From NCBI RefSeq assembly GCF_006345805.1, contig NC_043017.1:29202001-29266000 (forward strand): a stretch of DNA of 64,000 nucleotides, in the 5' to 3' direction. A program made the translations under genes and the position numbers. The stretch comes from Octopus sinensis. Lineage: Eukaryota. This document shows, piece after piece, positions 1-14,035 of this stretch (position 1 is the stretch's first letter; each line of letters begins with the position of its first letter). The notes beneath the pieces are model-generated. The model did not search any database. It was not told where the DNA came from and saw nothing but the letters and a program-made list of their open reading frames with translations.

Positions 1-310
1 AGCCCAGTACTTATTCTATCGGACTCTTTTTGCCGAACCGCTACGTAACGGGGACATAAACACACCAGCATCGGTTGTCAAACAATGCTAGGGGGACAAA
101 CACAGACACACAAACACACACACGCATATATATATATATATACATATATACGACGGGCTTCTTTCAGTTTCGTCTACCAAATCCACTCACAAGGCTTTGG
201 TCGGCCCGAGGCTATAGTAGAAGACACTTGCCCAAGGTGCCACGCAGTGGGACTGAACCCAGAACCATGTGGTTGCTAAACAAGCAACTTACCACACAGC
301 CACTCCTGCG
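1..310 (-). mobile_element. tRNA-derived SINE family 1 (V-domain-like), truncated by window start
   Basis: Reverse complement of the family sequence: tRNA-like head GGAGTGGCTGTGTGGTAAG...GGTTCAGTCCC, central GCCTTGTGAGTGGATTTGGTAGACG, internal (TA)/(TG) tract. About 20 related copies or fragments in the window. Confidence 0.9.
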
Positions 311-597
311 TATGTTTACCATACCTGAAGACAGTGAATACTGTGTGGGTCAAATTTATTCTGCGAAGATCCTGTGTTGTGATTCGTTCTTAGTTTAAAG
401 AAGCAATCATTTACATAAACATAAATTAAACGCACACACACACACACACACAAGGATGGATATTTATGCATATATATGTGTGTGTATGTGTGTGTGTATA
501 CATATATTTATATATGAGAGAGTTTGTGAATAGTCATAGATGTAAGCACACTTTTATATTTATTTTTCCATCAATCTATAAATTTATCTATATAATC

Positions 598-731
598 ATA
601 GATAGATAGAGCGAGAGAGAGAGAGACAGACAGACAAACAGATAGATAGATATATAGTTAGATAAATAGATAGATAGATTCAGAGATAGATAGATAGATA
701 GATAGATAGACAGACAGATATATATATATAT

Positions 732-773
<42 letters not shown>

Positions 774-895
774 CGATAGATTAGATAGATAGATAGATAT
801 ATCGATAGATTAGATAGATAGATAGATATATCGATAGATTAGATAGATAGATAGATGGATTAGATAGATCGATAGATTAGATAGATTAGATAGAT

Positions 896-928
<33 letters not shown>

Positions 929-1049
929 CGATAGATTAGATAGATAGATAGATATATCGATAGATTAGATAGATAGATAGATAGATAGATATATCGATAG
1001 ATTAGATAGATAGATAGATGGATTAGATAGATCGATAGATTAGATAGAT

Positions 1050-1086
<37 letters not shown>

Positions 1087-1312
1087 GATAGATAGATAGA
1101 TAATAGATAGATAGATCGATAGATTAGATAGATAGATAGATAGATCGATAGATTAGATAATAGATATATATCGAGAGATAGATAGATAGATAGATGGATT
1201 AGATAGATCGATAGATTAGATAGATTAGATAGATTAGATAGATAGATAGATAGATAGAATAGATAGATAGATAGATAGATAGATAGTATGATAGATAGAT
1301 AGATCGATAGAT
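598..1312. repeat. Compound (GATA)n microsatellite with GATT/GATC variant units
   Basis: Directly visible tetranucleotide array. It explains ORFs 1023..1535 and 1234..1476. Confidence 0.97.
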
Positions 1313-2501
1313 AAACAGGTGAATGTGTTTTTGCGTGCTGATTCACTAGGTATGTATGCATTCGTCCACGTTTGCATCGATGGGCATATGTGTGTATGTG
1401 TGTGAGAGAGAGAGAGAGAGAAAGATAGACCGACAGATAGACAGACAGACACACAGACAGACATACAATCAGACACACAAGCACAGAGTGAGAAATAGGT
1501 AACGATAGAAAGAGAAAGATTGCTAGATCATGCATTTATAGTTTTGATACGGGTGTACATGTGCATGTATGTCACCATATATCCACTTATCCAGAATATT
1601 AATTAGAATTTATTGATTTTATATCTGCCCTGCATTTACGATGATAAAGGGAATACCATAACGACAAACTCAGAAATTAACTTGATAAATTACTTTGAAA
1701 TACATAGTGACAGATGTAATTTCAGAATACATTCTCTTATGATTCCTGCTTTTCACCATTTTATACAATCTTACCATCTTTGTTTGGTTTACCATTCATA
1801 TCTGCAAGTCCAACCGATTTTCATTCTTTCTTCGCTTATTTTTCTTTTCCATCTTAATTTATTTCTTTTGTGTTCTTGTTATTTTCTTTCATTGCGTCTT
1901 TGTTTATATTCTTTCTTTTATATATTTACGTCTCTCTTTTGTTTACTTGTATACACGTTTTATTTTTCTGTTTTCTGCGTTTATCTGCTTCTTCCCTTCC
2001 GTTTCTTCTTGAAAAGATCTCACAACGGTGCAGCATGCATCATGATAAAGTAGAGGCTTTGATGCCAGATGCCAGACAGAACAACAGGTGACACACATAC
2101 ACCCTCCGACACACACATATACATACGTAAATTCACGAACGCACTCGCGCACACACAGACATACACACACGCACATATATAATCATACATAACTGTTTTG
2201 GGGTATAAATGCTGCTTTGAGTGATAACATAATTCGTTTTATCAAAAACAAAACATTGTTATATTTAGCTTTATTGCGTCTATAAATAGGGATCTGCTTC
2301 AGGAAAATATGGATATTGGTAGTTCTATTAAAACACGAAAAACATTGTTATCTAAGGAAATATTAGATAATACTGAACAAGAGATAATTTAGATACGAGA
2401 TACCTCCCAACTGAAATTCTTGGGAGAAAGGTTTGCATGATCAGAGGTCTCTACGTTACCTCTTAACCTATTAGCATTTTTAGACATAAAAGCTACATAT
2501 A

Positions 2502-2668
2502 GGCGTAGGAGTGGCTGTGTGGTAAGTAGCTTGCTTGCTTACTAACCACATGGTTCCGGTTCAGTCCCACTGCGTGGCACCTTGGGCAGGTGTCTTCTAC
2601 TATAGCCTCCGGTCGACCAAAGCGTTGTGAGTGGATATGATAGACGGAAACTGAAAGATGCCCGTCGT
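2502..2668 (+). mobile_element. SINE family 1, 5' half
   Basis: GGCGTAGGAGTGGCTGTGTGGTAAGTAGC head through GACGGAAACTGAAAGATGCCCGTCGT, then (TA)n. Confidence 0.85.
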
Positions 2669-3074
2669 ATATATATATATTTGGCGAGTCGTGTCCTGTC
2701 TTGCCTTCGAAACACGTTGGAGCCGAACTACTGACAGCTGATGATAGGGGATTTTTCCTTGTGTAGTATGTCCTGTACTCACGTGTATATATATTTATAT
2801 GTGCATGTATATATACATGTAGATGTAGGTACGTACATATATGCTTGTATGTATGCATATATTTTAATTATTGCACTATTGTTTGACAGCGCCCTCGCGT
2901 CGGGTTCGATTCGATTCGTTCGCTTCGTTCCGTTTCTTATTCTCCAGTACTGTTTTAATATATTAGATATATATATATATAATTATATATATATATATAT
3001 GTGGTGTGTGTTGTGTGTATGTGTGTGTGTGTGTGTGTGTTGTGTGTGTGTGTGTTTGTGTGTCCCTCCAACAT

Positions 3075-3246
3075 CGCTTGGCGAAAGAGTACAACAGTGG
3101 TCGCCACCACCACCCCCTACCGGAGCCTCCTGGACCTTTTAGGTGTTTTCGGTCAATAAACACACACAACGCCCGGTCTGGGAATCGAAACCGCGATTCT
3201 CCGACCGCGAGTCCGCTGTCCTAACCACTGGGCCATTGCGCCTCCA
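3075..3246 (-). mobile_element. tRNA(Arg-like)-derived SINE family 4, 5' part
   Basis: Reverse complement reads GAGGCGCAATGGCCCAGTGGTTAGG...GGTTTCGATTCCCAGACCGGGCG (A and B boxes). Same family as 11159 and 37649. Confidence 0.85.
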
Positions 3247-3322
3247 CATTTAACAGCCAACACTGTGCGTTAACACAACTGTACAGAAGCATCGTAGTCT
3301 ATCAAGTTTAATTCCAATATTG

Positions 3323-3517
3323 ATTTCAAATTTTAGCACAACGCCAGCAATTTCAGGGCAGGAGGTAAGTCGATTTCATCGACCCCAGTACTCAACTGGT
3401 ACCTATTTTCATCGATCCTGAAAGAATGAATGGCAAAACCAACTTCAACGGAATTTGGACTCAGAACGGAGAGACGGACGAAATGCCGTTAAGCTATCGA
3501 TTCTGCCAGATCCCCGC
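3323..3517 (-). mobile_element. SINE family 2 (Meta-domain-like), diverged
   Basis: Diverged match to the GGCGAGCTGGCAGAA head and the TTTCATCCTTTCGGGGTCGATAAA..AAGTACCAG central block of the copy at 25164. Confidence 0.7.
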
Positions 3518-3864
3518 TTTAATTGATACTAAAATCGATCTCAAATTTTGAGATAAGGTCAGAAATTTCTAGGCAGCATGTAAGTCGATTACACCGAGTC
3601 TAGTTCTCTAACTGCCTCTTATTTCATCGACCCTAAAATGATGACGATTCTGCCAGCTCGCCTTACTTAACAGATTATAAGCTGTGTGTTCGCGGATGGA
3701 GGGCTTTTTGACGTAGATTCCGATCAGCTTTGCAATGTGCCTTAAAACGGTTTCTTCACTTTCTGTACGAGCAAGCGTTGTATAAGTGTTCTGTTTACGA
3801 TCATCGCAATGCGCGGTGTTGGTTTATGCTCATATAATTATATTCTATAGCACGTGATAGCTGC

Positions 3865-4345
3865 AAGCATGTGTATGTTCGCTTGTGTATGTGTGCGTGT
3901 GTTTGCGTGTGCCTCTGTGTGTTTGTGTGTGTGTGCGTGTGTTTGCATGTGCGCGTGTGTTCGTGTGTATGTTTGTGAGTGTGCGTGTGTTTGCGCGTGT
4001 GTTTTTCGTGTGTTTGCGTGTGTTTGCATGTGCTCGTGTGTGTTTGTGTGCGTGCGTGTGTTTGCTTGTGTTTGCGTGCGCCTCTGTGTGTTTGTGTGTG
4101 TGTGCGTGTGTTTGTGTGTGTGCCTGTGTTTGTGTGTGGTGGTGTGTGCGCGTGTGCGCGTGTGTATGTTAGTGTGTGTGTGTGTGTTTGTGAGTGCATG
4201 TCCGTGTGTGTGTGTGTGTGCGTGTGTTTGTGTGTGGTGGTGTGTTTGTGTGTGCGCATGTGCTTGTGTGTATGTTAGTGTGTGTGTGTGTGTGTTTGTG
4301 AGTGCATGTCCGTGTGTGTATTATGTGTGTTTGTGTGTGTGTGAG
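3865..4345. repeat. Degenerate (TG)n/(TGCG)n microsatellite
   Basis: Directly visible. Source of the Cys/Val and His/Thr ORFs. Confidence 0.95.
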
Positions 4346-4844
4346 TGGATATGTGTCTGTGTGTACATTTATATATATGTATGCATGTGATAAGAAGCGA
4401 AATACGAGCACGTGATTTTCGTAGAGAAAGACAGAAAGAAAGAAAGAAAGAAAGAAAGAAAAAAGAAAGAAAGAAAGAAAGGAAGGAAGGAAGAAGAAAG
4501 AACGAAAGAAAGGAAACTATGTCAATATCCACAATATATCTTGAAAGATTAATTTAATTTATTCAAATTTATTTCTGTTTATAGAACATGATGACCAAAT
4601 AATAATTTCAAAGCGATTAAAAACGGTTGGATATTTTGATAAACATGTAAAATTATTTCTTACTTGTATCTATGATAAATTTCTCAAAACATTTTTTCTG
4701 TTCGTATGTTAGTAAACGTTTGTTTGTGTGAAACCTCTTAAACGTTTGAATCTAGTTTCTATACTCACAAGAGTGCAGACATACAACGTACGTGGCTGCG
4801 CGCGCACGCGTGTGTGTGTGTATGCACGTGAGTGTGCGCGTGCG

Positions 4845-4877
<33 letters not shown>

Positions 4878-4879
4878 TT

Positions 4880-5031
4880 CATGCATACATATACATATAT
4901 AGGTATATACATATAAACTGGACACATATACATACATGCTGTATATATTATATATATAATATATATGTTCATGCTTACATATACATATATAGGTATATAC
5001 ATATATACTGGACATATATACATACATGCTG

Positions 5032-5074
<43 letters not shown>

Positions 5075-5199
5075 TACATATATAGGCATATATATATATA
5101 CTGTCATAATATATACATATGCTGTCATATATATGTGTGGTGTGGTGTGTGTTGTGCGTGTGTTCATGCATCCATATACTGGACATATATACATACATG

Positions 5200-5200
<1 letters not shown>
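4880..5200. repeat. AT-rich minisatellite, 3-4 imperfect copies
   Basis: Recurring ATATACTGGACATATATACATACATGCT and CATACATATACATATATAGG blocks separated by (TA)n. Confidence 0.75.
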
Positions 5201-5258
<58 letters not shown>

Positions 5259-5565
5259 CCTGTGTTCTAACTTGTGTCTTATATCTATAGTTCAAATTTC
5301 TTTGAAAGCGGAATTATATGAATGCTTAGCTGGCAAAATCCTTAGCGGCAATTCGTGCGTTTTTATGTTCTTAGTCCAAACGCTACCGAAATTGACTTTG
5401 CCTTTCAACCGTTTCGGGGTCAATGAAATAAATACCTGTTGAACACTAATATCAGTGTCATCTACTCAACCCTGTTCTAAACCTGTTGGTAACGTGCCAC
5501 ATTTTGCAACCAATATTAGCAAATATTGCGTATATAAAACAGCATACAAACAAATAAAAAAAATA

Positions 5566-5950
5566 CGTGGCTGCGTGGTAAGTAGCTTGCTAACCAAGCA
5601 CATGGTTCCGGGTTCAGTCCCACTGCGTGGCATCTTAGGCAAGTGTCTTCTGCTATAGCCCCGGGCCGACCAAAGCCTTGTGAGTGGATTTGGTAGACGG
5701 AAACTGAAAGAAGCCTGTCGTATATATATGTATATGTATATATGTGTGTGTGTGTGTCTGTGTTTGTACCCCTAGCATTGCTTGACAACCGATGCTGGTA
5801 TGCTTACGTCCCCGTCACCTAGCGGTTCGGCAAAAGAGACCGATAGAATAAGTACTGGGCTTACAAAGAATAAGTCGCGGGGTCGATTTGCTCGACTAAA
5901 GGCGGTGCTCCAGCATGGCCGCAGCCAACTGACTGAAACAAATAAAAGCC
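5566..5950 (+). mobile_element. SINE family 1, full length
   Basis: tRNA-like head, central domain, internal microsatellite and 3' tail GGCGGTGCTCCAGCATGGCCGCAG..GACTGAAAC. Confidence 0.92.
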
Positions 5951-6399
5951 TGTTAACTTACCTGAAAAACTTTAAATTACGATTTTTCTCTGAAATCCCA
6001 TGCTTAGTGGAACAGTCTTCCTTAATTTTTAGTAATTACTTTCCATCCAATTTCTTGAGAATTTCTAACGTTCACCGCCGGGCATAATCTTTTCCTTCCC
6101 AAGCTGGACAATTTTAATTCATTAAAAGATCTTTTAAAATTTTTTATTTTATCATTTACGGTGATCAGTACATCAGCATCAACATTAATTATTTAAATTA
6201 ATGTTATTGGCCCATTTCAGAAAATTCTGAGTATATCTCTGTGTATGTAGAGATGTGTGAGAGAGTGTGTGTTTATGTCTTCGTCGTTTGTGTATCTGCA
6301 TTTGTGTTTGTAAGAGTATGTGCAATTAAAATATAGGCGTTGTATGTTTTCTAACGGCCATATACACACGTTCACGCGCATGTAACAAAGCATGAAATG

Positions 6400-6670
6400 G
6401 CTGATTCAGACACAAACCCCTACACACAGGTACATCAAACATACACAAACACATATATATTCCATAAACCAGCGTTCCCATTCGCGTGCGTACCGTTGGC
6501 GATTTTTTTCCTCCGTCTTCCCGTCTCTGGATCTTTCCTTTTCCTATGTTTCCGACGAAGAGCTCCGCTCGAAACGTTAAATCCTCCTTCTTTCCTGAGC
6601 GTCCAATTCTACTATATATGTTCCACGTCCTCGCGTTGCTGTGTTTTTTTGTGCTTTCTTGTTTGGATTA

Positions 6671-6690
<20 letters not shown>
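6400..6690 (+). mobile_element. PLE-type terminal-repeat fragment (family A) with hammerhead-like motif at 6548-6582
   Basis: TTT-CCGACGA-A-GAGC(TCC)GCTC-GAAAC-GT-T-AAA. Second copy inverted at 22590-22815. Ends at (TA)n. Confidence 0.65.
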
Positions 6691-6701
<11 letters not shown>

Positions 6702-6710
6702 TCACTGAGT

Positions 6711-7040
6711 GAAGGCGCACGGCTCAGTGGTTAGAGCGTTGACCTTACAGTCGTGAGCTTGTGACAGGGCTGGGTGAAGTGTTCTTGAGCAAGACACTTT
6801 ATTTCACGTTGCTCCAGTTCACTCAGCTGTAGAAATGAGTTGCGACGTCACAGGTGCCAAGCTATATCGGCCCTTGCCTTATCCCTTGGATAACACTGGT
6901 GGCGTGGAGAGGAGAGGCCGGTATGCATGGGTGACTGCTGGTCTTCCATAAACAACCTTGCCCGGACTTGTGCCTGGCCTGATGGGGTAACTCTCTAGGT
7001 GCAATCACATGGTCAGTGTCGTGATCGAAGGGGGTCTCGA
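6711..7040 (+). mobile_element. tRNA-derived SINE family 3 (CORE-like)
   Basis: GAAGGCGCACGGCTCAGTGGTTAGAGCG head and TTCTTGAGCAAGACACTTTATTTCAC CORE-like block. Second copy at 26690-27010 (-). Confidence 0.85.
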
Positions 7041-7086
7041 TATATACATATATACATATACAAATACACACTCACATACACACATA

Positions 7087-7150
<64 letters not shown>

Positions 7151-7921
7151 GTATATATATAGTATATATAATATATCTATATATATATATATACACACAC
7201 TTTTATTTGGGATAAAAACTCGAAGGCAATGAAAAATACAAACATTTACCATCTATCTCCTGGACCATGGTTTCAGACTTTTTTTAGTAAATAGATGGTA
7301 AATGTTTTTTTATATTTCATTCCCATCGAGTTTACATACCTAAAAGTCGTTTGGTATTTAGCTGTTACTTCTAGCGTGAAAGGAATCCTATGACCGATAC
7401 CTCTTATGTGTTTAAATATACACTGGATTTATATGAATAATATATAGTCTATTGACTAATTTTTGTACACGCTAGGCCACAGGTAGTAAAAATTTCTAAA
7501 ATCTTTATTACCCTGATATTATTAATTACATACGTGTATATATATATTAAAGCATATATATCTTACAACATTTTAATATACATATCTCAAATATAAAGAG
7601 CCAAAACCAAATATGTTATCACAAATTCTCATCAGGTTTCATATGCTAATTAATTCCACTCAATTTTATCTCTAGAGCTAGGTTTGCTAGGTTCTTCACA
7701 CAAACTACTTATTACCATATACAAGATATCTATGTGTGTATAAGGTAACGCATATTCTCTCCGTCGCTCAGTTACATCCATACGAATATACGTACATGCG
7801 AATACGCACACGAATATACACATTTCTCCCATAAATACCTGTTTGTTCGTTGCACTTTCATTCTAAATCTATGAGCGTTTGCATAGCGGCATTTCTTCCG
7901 AATCTTGACGTTTAGAGTCCA

Positions 7922-8222
7922 CTAGCAGTATCGCCCGGCGTTGCTCGGGTTTGTAAGGAAAATAACTATACAAGCATTTTTAGAGAGTTACTTCCCTTAT
8001 ATAATAGCAAAAAAATGCATTAAAAATGGGAAAAAAATTATGGTAATTTTTTTTTTTTAATCGTAGACTCATCGTAGACGCGCGCTAATACCCAGAAGGG
8101 CTCGATATGAATCACGACTATAAGATACCCGCTTTTGGTTAAACTGCACCGCAAAATGTGGGAGTAGTTAGGAATCTAAATCGTAGGTGACACACACACA
8201 ACTTCACTTTTATATATAAAGA
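7922..8222 (-). mobile_element. Non-autonomous Helitron
   Basis: On the minus strand it starts TC, ends with the GC hairpin CCCGAGCAACGCCGGG then CTAG, and sits between A and T. Copies at 39025 and 58069. Confidence 0.85.
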
Positions 8223-8241
8223 TATGCCACTGAGGTCAACT

Positions 8242-8341
8242 NNNNNNNNNNNNNNNNNNNNNNNNNNNNNNNNNNNNNNNNNNNNNNNNNNNNNNNNNNN
8301 NNNNNNNNNNNNNNNNNNNNNNNNNNNNNNNNNNNNNNNNN
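8242..8341. other. Assembly gap (100 N)
   Basis: Exactly 100 N, a placeholder gap of unknown true size. Confidence 0.99.
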
Positions 8342-9495
8342 TATTCAGGCACTTCATAAACAACGTTACGCAGTAAATCCTTTGAATTTAATTAGTAAAT
8401 ACGCAAAACTGTTTGAAAGAAACAGATATTTCTAAGAATCAAAGGTCTTGCCATTATACAGGTACGTTCCTTAATCTTTTAGAAAGTGACGAGAATATTA
8501 TAGAACTTCTTTAAGATCAATACAACATTAAATATCTGGGTTAACAATCTAGTGAATAAGAAGTAATTAACCCGAAGAAGTAACTTCTTAGGCGTGGATC
8601 TCTTATGAAAGATATTCAATCTAAAATAATGTTCAATGCTTGAAAGGGTTTAACCAATATTTCGTTTATGATAACACGAAGCTAGTAGCATTTAAAGCGA
8701 CTGAAGTACAGCACTTGTTAACATCAAACTAGTTGATAAGAAGGTCAACGTGAAATGGAAAAACATTATAATTACACAGGCACATACGCACATACACATA
8801 CGTTTTATAAACAATCTATCGAGGTTTGTAAAGAAAATTCCTCCCAAATATTTTTGTCATTCTGCTTCTCGAACAAATCAAGCCCAGCAGATATTAATTT
8901 ATTTTTCTACTTTCTTTAAAATTAAGCGTAGTATTTCTGCTTTCGGTTTTATAAGCTGTGCCACAAGTTATGGAAACAGGAACTACCCCAGTTGTGGAGC
9001 AGTGGCGGGGCACAAAAACAAAGGTACACACACAAACACACACACACATTCACGACAAAATTCCTTCAGGATCCTTCTACAACACGCAATCTTCAGGCTC
9101 TGAGTGTCTCAGGGTTAAAGCGGGAGACATTTCTCCAAGATGTGACGCAGCGGGTCTGAACCAGGACCGTGCGTTTAAGAAGAAAACTTCTTACCACAGA
9201 GTGACACTTGTACATGGAAACGTTTTCGTCTTAATTCAAATAATATTGGAACTAATCACACATGTGCTGTTCGTAAAACTTTCCCTTCTCTGGACTATGT
9301 TTGAAACGTTCAAAACTCACTCCTCTTTTCTACTTTTCCTTAAATTCACAAGGCTTTAGTCGGTCCGAGGCTACAGTAGAAGACACTTGACCAAGGTGAC
9401 ACCTTGTGGGACTGAACCCTGAACCGTGTGGCTTGGAGGTAAGCTTCTTCCCACACAGCCACTTCTGCGCTTATATATGTACTAGATATATGTGC

Positions 9496-9526
<31 letters not shown>

Positions 9527-9597
9527 TACTATATGTATACACATACACACGTACACACACCCATACTCGCATTTATATTTATGTATATTGATATATG

Positions 9598-9632
<35 letters not shown>

Positions 9633-9738
9633 TATATATTATATATATATAATAGAAAGATAGATAGACAGACAGACAGGAAGACAGATAGACATAGACA
9701 GACAGACAGGCAGGCAGGCAGCTAGCTAGCTAGCTAGC

Positions 9739-9828
<90 letters not shown>

Positions 9829-9877
9829 GGCAGGCAGGCAGACAGATAGACAGATGGATTGATAGATAGATAGATAA

Positions 9878-10008
9878 GTTTCTTTATTGGCCACACAGGG
9901 CTGCACACAGATGGGATAAGTTACAAGGTAGAGATTTTCTTTTGGGGCATGAAAAAAACAAAAACAAAACAAAAACAAAAGAAACAAAAAAAAAGGTGGC
10001 GTAGGTTT
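9878..10008 (-). mobile_element. 3' end of an unidentified retroelement abutting (GATA)n
   Basis: Minus strand ...CTCTACCTTGTAACTTATCCCATCTGTGTGCAGCCCTGTGTGGCCAATAAAGAAA followed by (TATC)n. Related copies at 15290, 15922 and 39697. Confidence 0.65.
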
Positions 10009-10572
10009 GGTTAAGAAAGTTTCTGAGAAAGTCGATCTCAGATATTTAGCGTGAAGTATCCCACATCATATTAGAAGTTGCTTCAAAGAAGCAAGTATTT
10101 TTGTTGATAAACGAAGGAGAATAAATGTTATAAACGAAATCGTTATTTCCTCAGTGAACGTTAGAACATAATATAACACTTAATAATTTCGATTTTGTGC
10201 TGTAACTATACCTTATATGTATGCTATATATTTTAAGGAACATTTAATGTCTGTGATTAGCTGCGAACTATTTATCTATTAAAGTAGGAATTTCTCTAAG
10301 TGAAAAGTGAATGAGGACTAGATTGTGTGAGATTAAAGCGTTTATTTTCTATTTAAAAGGTGGCAAGGAAGTCAAGATTGCGTTTAATCCCGCACACAGT
10401 ATATCCAAAATATTATTTGGGATCTACATTATCGAATATTTCTTAATTGGTGGAGGGACTGGAAATTGCTTTCGACTGATTCTTGATGTGGTTCTTAAAA
10501 GATATTGCGTGCTACAAAGCTCTGAATTTATTATGCGAGAATTAGCTTTCTCAGAGTGGGTTTTGTATCAAA

Positions 10573-10980
10573 GGCGTAGGAGTGGCTGTGTGGTAAGTAG
10601 CTTGCTTACCAACCACATGGTTCCGGGTTCAGTCCCACTGCGTGGCACCTTGGGCAAGTGTCTTCTACTATAGCCTCGGGCCGACTAAAGCCTTGTGAGT
10701 GGATTTGGTAGACGGAAACTGAAAGAAGCCCGTCGTATATATGTATATATATGTGTGCGTGTATGTTTGTGTTTGTCCCCCTAGCATCGCTTGACAACCG
10801 ATGCTGGTGTGATTATGTCCCCGTCACTTAGCGGTTCGGCAAAAGAGACCGATAGAACAAGTAGTGGGCTTAAAAAAAGAATAAGTCCCGGGGTCGAGTT
10901 GCTCGATTAAAGGTGGTGCTCCAGCATGGCCGCAGTCAAATGACTGAAACAAGTAAAAGAGTAATAAAAGAGTAAAAGAG
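10573..10980 (+). mobile_element. SINE family 1, full length, young
   Basis: Near-consensus copy ending in (GTAAAAGA)n. Confidence 0.95.
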
Positions 10981-11158
10981 TAAATGTGTAATAGTTGCTA
11001 ACACTAGTAAATCGTAAAAATGTTAACTGCTTTTAATTTAATGGTTATAGTTTTTGAAATATCGAAAGCTTCAACAGTGGAGATGATTAAATAATTCGAA
11101 CAGGAGTAATTATCAAAAACTTCTATCTTTTCATACAGCATATATTATTATATATACA

Positions 11159-11487
11159 GAGGCGCAATGGTCCAGAGGTTAGGGCAGCAGACTCGTGGTC
11201 GTAGGATCGCGGTTTCGATTCCCTACCCGGGAACACCTAAAGTTCCTCGGGACTCCGGCACGGTGTGGTGACGAATCCTGCAGTACTCTTTCAACACAAC
11301 TTTACAGGTACTTTTGTATCTGTATTTGAAAGGCCTAGCTCTTTCTAATGCTGAATCTCCCCGAGAACTACGTTAATAGTACACTTGTCTGTGAAGCCCT
11401 CGGCCACTGGCACTTAAATTTCACGAGCAGGTTGTTCTATTGATCGGATCAACTGGAACCCTCGTCGTCGTAACTGACCGAGTGTCA
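11159..11487 (+). mobile_element. SINE family 4, diverged full length
   Basis: GAGGCGCAATGGTCCAGAGGTTAGGG head through GGAACCCTCGTCGTCGTAAC tail. Confidence 0.85.
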
Positions 11488-11610
11488 CGATTCTTATATC
11501 AATTTTGATATCATGCGTTGAATTCAACTGATTGGAAATATTTAGTAACTTTACATAATTCGGTGTGAGGTATATTTAGAAATATATAATCATTTAGGAA
11601 TTGATTAATC

Positions 11611-11690
11611 TACGAGGGGTGCGGAAAAGTTCCTGCCTTTGGGTTAAAGAAAATATAAGAGGATCAGTTAATTGTGATTTTAATTGGATC
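11611..11690 (+). mobile_element. Probable mariner-type terminal inverted repeat fragment
   Basis: TA + CGAGGGGTGCGGAAAAGTTCCTG resembles mariner TIR starts (recalled). No partner TIR seen. Confidence 0.4.
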
Positions 11691-11693
11691 AAG

Positions 11694-12140
11694 GTGTCTG
11701 CTGGAAGAACATGTGTCTGTCAACAGGAGTATGCACTGTGTCACACAAGCAGGAGAACCCAGTCATGGTTGTCAGACAATTTCTGAAACCACATCACCCC
11801 TAAAATCTGGCCACCTAACTCCCCATACTGCAGCCCACTTCATTATTATGTAGGGGTCGCAGTTGAGCGAGAGACCAACAAAACTCCTTGTAACACCCAA
11901 CATGAACTGAAGGCAAGGATTATGGCAGCATGCACCAACTTAAGCAAGGAAAACGCCCAGAAGATTTGCAGGAGTTTCCGAAGAATCCTGGAGGCCGTGA
12001 TTGAAGCCAATGGCGATTTTATTGAATAAATCCACTCTTTAGTAATTAAATATATTTTTATGTAATTTTGGTAAATATATCTGTTAAAATGAGATGTCAA
12101 TGTTATTTTCATTTTCGTGTAATTTAGACGACAATTTATC
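11694..12140 (+). pseudogene. Tc1/mariner-superfamily (maT/DD37D-like) transposase C-terminal remnant
   Basis: Translates as CQQEYALCHTSRRTQSWLSDNF*NHITPKIWPPNSPYCSPLHYYVGVAVERETNK...LEAVIEANGDFIE*, a degenerate QQDxAPxH and WPPNSPDLNPLDY region. Confidence 0.8.
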
Positions 12141-12333
12141 TATTCACTGTAGCCTGTATATATGTATGATGTGTGTATACAGAGAGAGACAGACACACAG
12201 ACAGACAGACAGACAAACAAACAGACAGATAGACTGTGTGTCTGTCTGTGTGTCTGTGTGTGTCTATCTGTGCGTATGAGTGGATGAGTGAGTGCGAGAG
12301 AGAGAGAGAAACAGAAAGAGAAATGTATGTACT

Positions 12334-12418
<85 letters not shown>

Positions 12419-12614
12419 GATCCCCAACCACCGCTTGACACACGTTTTTGGTGTGTTTATGTATCTGTAACATAGCGGTTCAGCAATAGTGACCGACCGA
12501 ATAAGAACCAAGCTTAAACGAAAGAAGAGTAGGAGTCCATTCTTTCGACTAAAACTTTTCAAGGTGGTACCCCAGCATGGCCGCAGTTTAATGACTAGAA
12601 CAATTAACAGATTA

Positions 12615-12880
12615 TACACACACACACACATACATGCATACATACATACATGCATACATACATACATACATACATACATACATACATACATACATTCATA
12701 CATACATACATACATACATGCATACATGCATACATACATACATACATACATACATACATACATACATACATACATACATGCATGCATGCATACATACATA
12801 CATACATACATACATACATACATACATACATACATACATACACACATACACACATACATACACACATACATACATCCATA
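12615..12880. repeat. (CATA)n/(CATG) microsatellite
   Basis: Directly visible. Source of the MYVC/HTYI ORFs. Confidence 0.97.
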
Positions 12881-13836
12881 TATTACATATACTTATATGC
12901 AAATTTTGTTTTATGAAATCAATATCAGAAATGCAAATTCCTTTTATGTTTTCTCAAATTACAACTTATATTTACGCTTTACAAATGCCATTTAATGGCG
13001 AGGAACATTAATTATATTATATAAAGCATATATTTGATAAATATCTGCGTTAGAAAACAGAAGAGAAATAAAGATCAAACACACTTGCTTCTTTCTCAGA
13101 TTTATTCTTCTTTATGAAAATATTTTGAATTATTTTATATTGCTTTCAGAAATGTATATATTTTTCATCAGTCTCGACCACTTAAGTTTCTCTCCAATGC
13201 ACGTAACAACCACACTTCGATTAAATTGTAAAAAAGATATCAAGCGAACCACTTAACGCTCCTCCTTGAAAAATATGGCTTGCATAAGAAATTTCTTATA
13301 CCTATATTTCAGAATTTAGAAAGTTCATAACATCTATTGGATCTCTTCGCTAAAATATTGATTTCATGTACGTGGTCAGACATTTCTGTGGAGTAGCTAA
13401 GGGGTGAGGCTAAGTCGATTATATCAACCCCTGGTTCATCAGGTACTTATTTTACCAACACCGAAAGGATGAAAGGAAAAGTCGACCCCAGTGGAATTTG
13501 AACCCTGAATGTGAGGGCGGATGAAAAACTGATAAGCATTTTGGCCGGTGTGCTAACGATTCTGCCAGCTCGTCGCCTTCTCTGCGCTAAAATATTATCA
13601 TTGCTTCTTTCAACCAAGATGCAGTAAAAATCCTTTCTACATCTAGATGTTCTTTTACCCTTTTATTTATTTACTTGTTTCAGGTATTTTACTGCGGGAA
13701 CACTGGGGCACCCCATTTAGTCGAACAAATAGACCATAGTACTTATTCTATTGGTGTAATTTGCCGAACCGCTACGTTACATAAACACACTAACATCGGT
13801 TATCAAACGATGGTGGGGGCACAAACACATCCACCC

Positions 13837-13924
<88 letters not shown>

Positions 13925-13958
13925 GTAATGTATATATATCTATATATATATATATATG

Positions 13959-14035
<77 letters not shown>

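Noticed and set aside
75-398. Recurrent ~60-130-aa ORFs with DTCPRCHAVGLNPEP or VPLRGTLGKCLLL
   Set aside because: These are read-throughs of SINE family 1, repeated at many loci, not a gene family.
2502-2580. tRNA genes at SINE heads (also 6711, 11159, 25164, 63715)
   Set aside because: A/B boxes are present but there is no complete cloverleaf, and each continues into a SINE body.
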